A DNA stretch of 58,823 nt, the filler included, from Sphacelaria rigidula (Eukaryota), in assembly GCA_964200075.2 (NCBI GenBank). It is 9 parts of 9 records of this genome, joined end to end, with 100 filler letters (N's around TTAATTAATTAA, not from the genome) between each part and the next. Parts side by side here need not be neighbours in the genome. Positions count along the whole stretch, not along the records: positions 1 to 6,447 come from CAXNAA020020010.1; positions 6,548 to 12,994 come from CAXNAA020020011.1; 7 more parts are not named here. One strand, given 5' to 3'. Position 1 is the stretch's first letter, and each line of letters opens with the position of its first letter. The notes beneath the pieces are model-generated. The model saw only the letters and a list, made by a program, of their open reading frames with translations, was not told the origin of the DNA and ran no database searches. The position numbers and the translations under genes were made by a program. Shown piece after piece: positions 1-10,000 of this stretch.

Positions 1-300
1 AGAATGGGCCCATCAAAAACCGGGTCGGTAGAAATTCGGAACAGTATTTTGCAGGCCACTCACCGGCCCACGTTTGGTTTTCGTGTATTGAAATTTGGTG
101 TGGGCGCTCTTCAAGGTATAAGTAATAAAACAAAGTGGATCAGGTTGATTTTTTTCAATATTTTTTCACTGGTTTAGGGCGTTCTACTATGGTAAAGACC
201 ATATTCTACGAGAACGCCCTAACCTCTATGGAAAAAAAAATGGAAGGCCCGTTTTCTTTTTTATTCAGCACTCTTTTGTGGTTCTCCACACCAGAATTCG
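1..300. repeat. Dispersed repeat (probable DNA transposon fragment); inverted copy at ~22950-23277
   Basis: caccggcccacgtttggttttcgtgtattgaaattt matches the reverse complement of cacaaaatttccatacacaaacaccaaacgtgggccggta near 23180-23220. The similarity extends through the agggcgttctactatggt and agaacgccc motifs. Confidence 0.7.
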
Positions 301-2082
301 TCGCCATCCGCTAAATACATCGATCGGGAGTTTCATAGAGATTTTAGTGTTAGCGCTATCTCCTTTAGGTATCGGAATTGCTCGACATGTGGTTTTATCG
401 ACGAGAAAATATGGGCCCAAACTTCTGAGCAGACGGGCACCTTCCCCTTGATTAGACGATTAATACGATATGCGGATCACGGCCCAANNNNNNNNNNACG
501 GCCCAACTCGTCTGTGTCGATGAGATATTACTTTTAGAGCATAAATCAGTTTGTAGGCTGGCCCAGCTCGTATAGAAATGCCGCATTTGCGATCCTGTAC
601 ACAGATGTGGGCTTCATGTAGACAGAAAAACGGGTTCTCCATACTCGGTAAGACTTGAAGTGGCCGTTGTGGGTATAGATCTGTTGCAAACGGATTCCAC
701 GTGTCTCGGTGAGGGGTACGACCGTGAGGAAACGCTAGCACGACACCTACGTGTTGTCCTGCACCACTTTCCTGGACCATGAAGTACCCGCGAATCAAAT
801 GGAGTACAGTAAGGGTTTTTCGCGTGGAAGACAAACTCTCACATGACCACCCTTGAAACGGACGGCAAGAAGGAGAGCCTCACATAACCACGTTTGAGCC
901 AGTTGAGGCGCATGGATACAGAAAAATACACGTGTAACGCCGGAGAATCCCTGGTGTTCATCGACCTCAACAGCGTGATGTGTAGTATGTGCTTTTCCTG
1001 AGATGAGGGCTAGTGACACGCGGCGGCCAGCAGTGCACTTTTTCTTTCAATCGTGGGACGGCACAATTTTTTCGGAACTATTTTTCCGGTGTTTCGCCAC
1101 GGGTATCTCGTACAGTTACTCGTATTTGCTTCGGTTTTCGTTCGTCCCTGTACCCTGTAGCACAGCTGTCATATATTCCAGCACGAGCATAGCCGAGTAC
1201 CACACCAACCGAAACGTCACATACATGTCAACAAGAGCCATACTTGTGTAGATGGGCGCTAGTGTGCATTTCCAGCTGGGTTGGGACCAAAGCCATCGTA
1301 TGACACCCATCAAGCTCTGGAACAAATCACGATGCAGTTAACTGGGACCAAATAATCGATACGCGGCGCTGTACGATGAATACTTCACAGAGTACACTTG
1401 CAGACGACGGAACGCACAGCTGAGATAAAACCAAACACGCCAAAGCATGTTTTTTCGTGTGAGCTACATACAGACAGGACCTGCATTTGATTCACACCAC
1501 GCAGTCCCCAGAACGCATAATATCTTCTCCCTACAGTACATATCGAATGCACCATATTAAAGTCAGAGAAGCATAAATGGTTGTGCTCGGCTGTACCGCT
1601 AGCTGTCACGCGCGCAACACCTTGTCTGCAGCTGTGAGCACGGGTAGCCGGTTTTGGGCGATAGGATATTTCCGCAACTTTTACCACAAAATGGTGCCGC
1701 ACACGGTGGACTTGCCGTGCAATCAAAGTCCAGTCAAGAGTTGAAAGGTACATGGAATGATGTGTGAGAAGACTGCCCCCTCCGTCCCCACTTCACGGTA
1801 CGGTACCGTGCCACTGAGATACAGTTACCTCTCAGCTCTACTGCAGCAGAGCGCTACTGGCTGACCGTATAATGTTTCTACCTCGCCGCGTGCATCTTTT
1901 CTGGGTAAATGCCGCCGCACCCGCCGAGAAACACAGATGAACCGGAACGCCAACAAACCAAAATCGGACAGACAACACTTCGCAAATCACTTAACCTACA
2001 GCGTCAGTGTCCACCACACCGTCATCACCATCATCACCACCAACAGCGGCAATACTAACGACAGAAGCAACACCAAACTCAC

Positions 2083-2316
2083 CCTGACAAAGGACTGCAT
2101 GATAGTCGTAGCGCCAGACTTGTCCCAGTACGGGATGATCCTTGCCCCGCGATGGTCATGCTTATCGAACGGTGGCGAAATAAGCGTTGAGGTCTTGATT
2201 GCTCCTTGTACAGCGGGCAACGCGCAAAGCCCCACAAGCACCGCACAAAAGCCCGCTGCCGCAGCCAAACCAGCCCCAACCTTCAGCACCGTTTGTCTTC
2301 GCCGATTTCCCGCCAT
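2083..2316 (-). CDS. First exon of an L-type (legume-like) lectin, VIP36/ERGIC-53-like cargo receptor (partial gene)
   Basis: ATG is followed by a hydrophobic signal peptide (LAAAAGFCAVLVGLCALPAVQG), then STLISPPF..RIIPYWDKSGATTIMQSFVR, which resembles the L-lectin N-terminus (SL..P...PxWdf.GsT.....vR-LTP). The exon ends at a phase-0 GTGAGT donor at 2082. Later exons were not found in this contig. Confidence 0.65.
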
Positions 2317-3361
2317 GATTGGAGATCTAGTCTAAATACTAACTTCAAGGCCTTGTCCGTAAAGCTACTGGTGTGCCGCTGGCTGCTTGAGGGGGTGATG
2401 TGCGGCGTAAACACGAAACAGGACTTCTTCCGGGAATTTTAGAGTTCTGAAATGTTGATTTTGTCGAGGCGCTTCGTTGCTGTCGGCGGCTGCAGCGGTC
2501 GTATAGAACGAAGCCCCCGGAAGTCCTGCAGGGGGATTCTGGTTTGACAGAGCCAATCTGCAAGCACCCGAACCTGTAGTCCTTCGGTGCAGTGTGCTTG
2601 CTGTCCCTATAAGGAGGAGTCTAATGGTGGCGGGCACGCCTCTTGTGCTGTGCGCCGCAGATCGTATTTCACGTGTTCCTGGAGTCGTTACGCTGAAAGA
2701 GTGAAAAATGTACGGCCAAAGACGGGCCGCGCAAGGGCACAAGACGGAGGACTTTGTGTTCAGTAGTCTCCGTCTTGCTGTTGTTCGCTTGATCGCGCAC
2801 TATCAAGCAAGGACCTCACAGCTTGCACGCTTCTGCTTCCTCTCCACGGTAGAGACAGATGTATCGGTACAGACCGTCTGTAGTGTAGTGTGAAATGCTC
2901 AGCGTATACAGTATTATATATTTCTCCGCTGGGTCATGCTCTAATTCAGATTCCAAAAGTCATGACCCAAATTGTCGGTACTTCAGGGCCAGCCAAGGGT
3001 CAGCCAGTTGGGCCAGCCCTTGTTCCAACAACGAATCGATGGTAACATGGAAAATGACTTCAGGATTTTCAATGTAACTCCTTTTTCAGGGTAGGCCGTG
3101 GGCGAAATTGATACGAGCCACGGGGTAAAATTCAAACTTCACACCACCATCTGCTTGTCAGCTGTCGCTTGCTTCTCGGGAGCAGCCCTTGCGACAAGTA
3201 TGGTGGAGGCAGGTCGTTGTTCGAAGATTCAACCCCCCAGGTTCGTTCATGCTATGCTGTTACGCACTGTTTATGTTGGCTAGCGTGTACAGGTGCCAGC
3301 AGGCAGTCAGTACAGCACAGCGTAACACAACTTAAAGTAATCTGCGACCCAGAAATGCTTT

Positions 3362-4030
3362 CACACGTCGGACGAGTCATTACTCGTCGAAACGAGTCCA
3401 CTCGTTGATGTTTTTTGAAAACACAACGAGCATGACTCGAGTACTCACCCTCTTGCAATGATTCGAGTACTCGCCCTCTTAGTTCTTCCACAACGGGCAA
3501 TGACTCGAGTACTCGCCCTCTTGGTTTTCCCACAAAGAGCAATGACTCGAAACAACGTTTTCGTGAGATTGAGAGTAGAGCGCTGATTGAGAGTGGCTTC
3601 GATCATTCGCTTGAACTTGGCCATTTTTTTATTCCATGCGTGCTTTTCTTTGCCTCCATCACTGGCGTGTGCTTACAGCTACATGTCGATATCCTACTCG
3701 GGGATATCAAGGGTCTTAGTGGCAAGCTACTGTACTACAGGAAGTATATTGGGCCTCGTGGAGGGGCATTTCGGAACCGAAACGATTCATCCATGAATTG
3801 ACCGCTTTTCACTCTCAATCGTACCCTCTACTCTCGATCTCATGAAAACATTGTTTTGAGTAGTCGCCATATATATTTTTTTCAGTGAGCGATGACTCGA
3901 GTGCTCGTCCTATTTTTATTTTTTCCACAGCGAGCAATGACTCGAGTGCTCGAAAACGTTCAGAAACAGCCGACGAGCGGCCCAACAAGTGCGAGTGCCA
4001 CGAGTCATGGTCGTGGTCGTCCGACGTGTG
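3362..4030. mobile_element. Non-autonomous TIR element with CACACGTCGGACGA termini and internal GCAATGACTCGAGTACTCG repeats; interrupted by a nested MITE
   Basis: The left end cacacgtcggacga and right end tcgtccgacgtgtg are inverted. About 6-7 copies of the (g)caatgactcgagtactcg motif lie inside. The same terminus recurs inverted at 32736-32784. Confidence 0.7.
3550..3856. mobile_element. ~310-bp MITE with ~30-bp TIRs (Tc1/mariner-like; other copies are TA-flanked); copies at ~24387-24692, ~39340-39845 (two pieces) and ~45405-45670
   Basis: TIR aaacaacgttttcgtgagattgagagtagag pairs with ctctactctcgatctcatgaaaacattgttt. The internal sequence (gatatcaagggcctc..gcaagctact..gggcctcgtggaggg) is shared among copies on three contigs. 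Confidence 0.8.
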
Positions 4031-5244
4031 AAGAAGTCATCAGCAATGCCCCGCTCATGCGGCACAGCTTGGTACCTGATACTTGACAGTGTCTCCCATC
4101 ACATGGGTGGAGGCGCACTATCATTAGGCCGCTTCTATCAGACTGAAAAAAATCTCTGAGAAAAGTCGTTTTGGTGAGTCTCCGGAGACTTTTTTCAGAA
4201 CGCGACCTTATACGAGCTGGTTTACGGCGAACACCCAAAATTGTGTCATCAGCAACTGCCTTCCGCAATACGCACTCAATAGTCGCATATACGGTATCAT
4301 ACTGACCACAATGAAAAGACAAAGAGGGTGACATGGCCGAATTTTTGTTGAAGGCCGTAGCGGTGATGCTATGGACGAAAATGTGTCTCAACCAATTAGC
4401 GCCCTTCAAACTGTTCCGAGATCGAAATTACGAATTTCAAGCCCAATTCTCACCCAATCTCCACATGCTTCAAATCTTGGTAACCTTCATCGGCACAGGA
4501 ATCTAACGACAAAAAAATATTTTTAGAATAGTTACTACGGGGGTCGCATTATACCCGAAACCGTCATGTTTCGGTTATGTCGGGTGTTGGCGTCGTCTAA
4601 TTTTCACTAATGATACGCACGGAAAACCCGCGGAGCCTCGTGACGGTATCGCCTGTATATCTTGTAGAAAAGCTCAGATCGTCCTCAAACTTGGCAGTTC
4701 CGTGGGTTTTGATGCTCAAAATGGAAAAAAAAATGTATTCTTGATAATACTCTGTGGTTTCTTCGTTCTCTACCGGCTTCCGGGGGTCCCAGTATGAAGA
4801 CCCCCAGAAGGCGGAACAGAATATTCTGAAAGAAAAATATTCAGATGACGAGTTTTTTTTCGTCGCTTTACGGGGGTCCGATTGGATCGATGTTTTCCCG
4901 AAAAATGGGGGCCCCGAAAAACGGTAAAATTTTCGAAAAGCAGAATAACCTCGTTCTTCGAAAGTTGCGTAACGACCCATAGAACATCTGTGCAAAATTT
5001 CAGGGTCTAACTCCTTAAAACGGCGTGAGGATGTGCCGATGAGTGTTTTTTGGGTGTTCACCGTGAACCAGCTCGTAAAGCCATTTTTCATGAAAGAAGT
5101 CTCTCAAAACCGGCCACAATTTGCAGACAGCGTGATTTTGCCAAATCTCTCTGCGAAAAGCCATTGATGAGCAGAGACTTTTCTTTGTCTGGGAATTGTC
5201 GTTCCATCACACATTCCTCGCACACCGCACCCGTAATGGCACCG

Positions 5245-5540
5245 TCAGTGCTCCATCACACACTCCTCGCATACGAGCGTAGTACAGTCAGTGCAAAAGT
5301 AGTTGTTCATGTTGTACATACAGTACCGTGGCAACAGCATGGCTGCTGCAGCACTCCGTGCATCCTCTTTATGACCGTAGGACCAGGGATAGACAGTACA
5401 GACAGTACATTGCTTTTTGCCGGCAGCGTTACTACCGTAAAATAGCACGATGTCGCCCCTGCTGGCTGCGTTGACTGCTCGTATCGTTTCATGCTCGTCA
5501 TGCCCGCCACCGATTGCGGACTCTGTAGTATTTTGTGTAC
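5245..5540 (-). pseudogene. Cys-rich C-terminal zinc-finger fragment resembling the piggyBac transposase cysteine-rich domain, cut by a MITE insertion
   Basis: KKQCTVC...NNYFCTDCTTLVCEECVMEH* fits CxxC...YxCxxCxxxxCxxCxxxH directly before a stop. The upstream sequence is replaced by the TIR element starting at 5544. A B-box-like domain is an alternative reading. Confidence 0.45.
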
Positions 5541-5543
5541 TGA

Positions 5544-6358
5544 GGCCGGATGTTATGGCAACAGATCTTTGACCCACAGATTTAGGAATCCTGGTGAAAC
5601 AAATCCGCAGCAAATTTGGTTTCGGGGACGATGTTATGGCAGCACACAGATTTCATACTATACTGTTCTGATTTGTATACCTCCACCAGGGTTTCGAGTT
5701 TTATGTTTGGCGTGTTTCAACAGTTCACAGTCCCGTAGATGTCTCGTGGGCTGTGGCGTGCGGTAGTAATGTAGCGTCAATGCCGCAGAGAGGTCATCAT
5801 CACCCCACTAACACCAGTGCCGGTTCTTTCGAGCACATAAGTAAGCGACCATGCCCCCCTCGTTCTTGCTAAAGTCGAATAATCGAAGGATCGCAGAACT
5901 ACTCGCCAGACAGCGACAGTGCGCATCACATGTCTACTCCCTCAACGTCTTTGCAATGGTTTTGCCAGGAGATCAACGAGCAAGGCGTGTCGTTTTTTGT
6001 CTCGTAGGCGCGAAGCGGGCTTCATGGCGTGTCGGCTGCGGTGTGTGGTTTACTTCGTGTGTCATCGGTTGTTGTCGACAAGATCACTCACAAAGGTGCA
6101 GCCAGCACGCCGGCACATCCAATAAAACGCGGCGTGACCCCATTATGTCGGTCTGCCGGCCAAACGCAAAAATCCGTGTGCAAAAATCTGTGCTTGCCGA
6201 CCGCCGCCAGTTGGCCCAAAATTCTGTGGGACTCGGGCCCCGAATCTTGGCCACGGAATTTTTCACCCCAAATTTCGATAATTCTGTACCCATAACATAG
6301 GTGTCACACGAATTTTGAAGATCCGGGGCCGAAGATCTGTTTGCCATAACATCCGGCC
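5544..6358. mobile_element. 815-bp non-autonomous TIR element, PIF/Harbinger-like; a second copy starts at 6362 and is cut by the contig end
   Basis: TIRs ggccggatgttatggcaa(a)cagatct and agatctgtttgccataacatccggcc. Flanks are TGA (5541-5543) and TCA (6359-6361), i.e. TNA trinucleotides, and the termini are GGCC. Confidence 0.75.
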
Positions 6359-6447
6359 TCAGGCCGGATGTTATGGCAAACAGATTTTTGGCCCACAGAT
6401 CGTTCACTTTCATGACGTTTGACCCACCTTTTGGCCCCCAAGCCGAG

Positions 6448-6547
6448 NNNNNNNNNNNNNNNNNNNNNNNNNNNNNNNNNNNNNNNNNNNNTTAATTAAT
6501 TAANNNNNNNNNNNNNNNNNNNNNNNNNNNNNNNNNNNNNNNNNNNN
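6448..6547. other. Artificial contig-joining spacer (N44-TTAATTAATTAA-N44); identical spacers start at 12995, 19542, 26089, 32636, 39183, 45730 and 52277
   Basis: The same 100-bp spacer, with stops in all frames, recurs every 6547 bp; 9x6447+8x100=58823. Confidence 0.98.
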
Positions 6548-6790
6548 GGTGCTCCGTCTCGAAAGGGATGCGTGGTAAATGGGCAAAAGACTAAGGCAAG
6601 AAAAAAATGAGTACGCCCCCCCCCCCGCCTCGTTAAAAGTATGGTCTCATGACTATGGCATACATGATCGTGAGTACACCCCCGTTAGGAGTAGGAACGG
6701 TACTCCGTCCCGAGAGGGGATGCGTGGTCATCGGTTAAACGACTGACGCAAGCAAGAAATGATTACGCCCCCCTCCCCTCCCCTCATCTA
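6548..6790 (+). repeat. Short dispersed repeat (two tandem copies); further copies at ~26478-26540 and ~48012-48085
   Basis: Shared motif ctccgtctcgaaagggatgcgtggtcaatgg..aaacgactaaggcaag..aaatgagtacgcccccc. Confidence 0.8.
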
Positions 6791-7035
6791 CCCCCCCCAC
6801 TGGGGGGGGTGAAGTTTTCATGTTTCGGAAGCAAACAAAAGGCACTTCATCCTGCTGTAACTCGTTTTATCTCGTTTGAGTGAACATCTTTCCGAGAATG
6901 GGAAATCAGATGACAAAACTGCCGTTGTTGAATTCACACTTTAATTTTTGTCCGCATGCGGCTACTTTGCCTTCTATATTGGGCGCGCCCGTGAACGGGG
7001 GGGTGCGGTTAAAACGACGGCGACAACAATGACAG

Positions 7036-10000
7036 CCCGGTGGGAAGATGGCGTATGATGATTTGTTAGCATTCTTCAAGGCGTCGCGAATGGTGCTGGA
7101 CTTCAACGAGATAGAGCTCAAGTCCGTCATCGGGAGCGGGGCCTTCGCTACCGTGTTTCGGGGGATTTATCGCTACAAGGTCGGCCAAAGAGGGGAACCC
7201 GACAAAAAGATGGTGCGTGCTTCTTCTTTTTTTTTCCCCTTTTTTCCCCCTTTTTTTTCCGTGACGAGTAGACAGTCGCGTGTAAGGCGATGGGAAGATA
7301 GTAAACTTCATCTATCTATTTTTTTTTTGTCATGTCGTCCGCATGTGCATGTGTATAAATGGTGTGCAGTGTTGTTGTTTGTGTGTTGTGTATTTTTTTC
7401 CAATTTTGTGTCGGAATGTTTTTTTCGCACACCCTGGATAACGGCATATGACAATATATGGTGAATAGTTGCAATGGCAAGAAAGTATACCATGTGAAGA
7501 GTAAGCCTATTGCAACTATTTATCGTAAATTGTTGAGGGTGTGAAAGTTCGTGACGGGTGTTGGTTGGTTTGACGATGAAGCATTTTTTTCTTCTTCGCA
7601 CTTTGAACCCCTCCCCCTCCTCGGGACGAGTCCGTGGTCTCAAGAGATCACCCCATCTCTCCCCCGGTTACCTGGAAGTTTATGTGTAGGAGGGTTTTGG
7701 CGGCTTTCGCCGCCACGCTCGATGGATTGACAGCCAAGATACACGAGCACCGGTGACGGTCATGTGCGTTGCGTAATGGCACAGGTCATACTTCGAAGAA
7801 AACGCCGTAGCCGCGGACCACGTTGTGGAGGTGGGTTAACCGGAGTTGGGCTACAGTCTATCCATGTTTGAGACATTTTCCAGCTCACCGCTAGTCCTTA
7901 GCCTAACCATAACCCTAATTCTAACCCTAACCCAAGGCACACCAAGAACCCGTGGGCAAGAGAGGTGCGTGAGGCCCCCGAGGCAAATTGTGGCGTTGGT
8001 AGGCCTCAAATCGGGGCCTGTTGCGCCGATTTGGACGAAAATGCGTTCTGCGCACGCGAGGTGCACACGGGACTATCAGGCCCCACTAGAGATCCGGTTC
8101 TCTTTGTTCACGCTCAAATCGAGTGATCTCCACTGTGGGTTGATTGTGGCCCAACTCCGGTTAACCCTTAGACCGCGGGGTAGGTGGTGCATCTGGATCA
8201 TGCATACTTTTTTCAAGTAAAATTGATGCCGATTCAACAGATGACCTACTTTCGACGTCCAAGGGCTAACACTGTTTTGTGCGTGACCTCGCACAAATCT
8301 GTCCAGGATGTTTGTTTTGAAGGCATGCTTGTATAGGATTTCTCACGCCCATGTGTCAATGTCAAGGCTTCACAATACATACTTCCGCCCGGTGCACCCT
8401 GTCGTGGGCTGAGTGATTTTATATGAGAAAATACCTCCCAAACATTTCCCCCCTCGAATGCTGTCATTTGACAGATGTCGTCGGGGTAGTTTGCTGACTA
8501 AATGGGGAGATATTGCAGCAGTACGGGAGGTCTACTAAAGTTGTGCGAGACCTTTTCAATGTGGATGGATTGGAACTTGGGTTTTCGATCGCTAAGGGTG
8601 ACGAGTACGTTTGCACCTCTCCATACTTGCGGTGTGAAAATCAGGATTTTCGCCGGCGAATTGTGCTGCACTGGCACCCCCTGGAAACGTATTTTGTGGC
8701 CATTCTCCAGAGGTAGGATATTGGTCCCAGAGCACAGCCAACACGCAACAATTTTTCACTCGAAAATGTCCGAAACAATAATATCTGGGATACTAATCGG
8801 TTTCCATTTCTTCATCATGTATGTACTCTTCTGTTGTCTTGTCTGTTTACTGTGGCCTTCGTGGTGGTATTGCATGCACACACATACACACACATACACA
8901 TACATACACATACATGCATCACATGCATCATTTGTATCACATATGTATCCCCAAAACCACATCGGTCTAAGGTACTAACGCAATCTGGGATCGTCATTTG
9001 TTGCACTTATCATGTGCAGGAGGTGGCCGTGAAGAAGCTGGTGGGTGGTGGTGGCGGGCCGATGGAGAAGACGCTCAAGGACTTCAAGACGGAGTGCGTG
9101 CTGTTGTCCCGACTGAAGCACAGGAACATTATCGCCCTGGTTGGGGCGACGACTCACCCGGTGACCTGCGTCATGCAGTACTGCAGTCGAGGGAACCTCA
9201 TGGTTCTGCTTGATGACCGAAGGTAAGGTGTAAGTGTTTTTGCATCTATGTATCCGTCTGTGTTTAGTATTTAGTATGTTTGTCTGTATTTAGTATGTAT
9301 AATGAGTCATGTATGTGTTGATATATGTATTTAGTACTTCGAAGTATGTATTATGAGCCATGTATTACTTCGTATGTATGCATGTATGTATGCATGTATG
9401 TATGTATTGTGCATGCGTGCATGTTTGCAGTTCGTATGTATGTACTGCTGCTGCTCCTGCTGCTGCTGTTGGGTGTATGTTTTTCACGTCTCATGGTCTG
9501 CGGTGTTCAATGATGGCGTTGTGATGGCCGCGTTTCGGAACTCCTGTTTTGTTTGTGCTTTTGAGCCGCAGTTACTGTACTTAACAACAACCGAATTTTT
9601 TTGACTGATTTGCCTCCTTTCCTTTTCTCTTGTTCCTTGAACCAAGTATCTCAATATCTTCTCTTCCTCCCCACTCCCTCGCTCTTGCGGCGCCGTGTCC
9701 CCCCCTATTTTCGTGATCTTGATATTTGCTTCTCGGTGAATCATGATCCAGTGTCGATCTGTCGTGGAAGATGAAGAGGCAAATGATGCTGGATGTAGCC
9801 ACGGGCATGCAGTACCTCCACTGCCAAAATCCGGTCATTATCCATCGTGACTTGAAGAGCCTCAACGTCCTCATTGACGAGAACTGGGTCACAAAGGTAT
9901 CTGAGAAAAAAAAAATGTGTATGATTGTTGTTTTTTCCATGGTGGGCCGAGGAGCGGAGTTGTCAATTGGCCAATCGCCATGGTTTGTGCGTTTTGCTTT

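Noticed and set aside
3430..3955. CRISPR array
   Set aside because: The repeats are short and degenerate, the spacers are irregular and low-complexity, they lie inside a TIR element, and there are no cas genes in this eukaryotic context.
6448..6547. Periodic TTAATTAATTAA motif as a biological repeat or piggyBac target
   Set aside because: It is embedded in N runs at an exact 6547-bp period, so it is an artificial linker.
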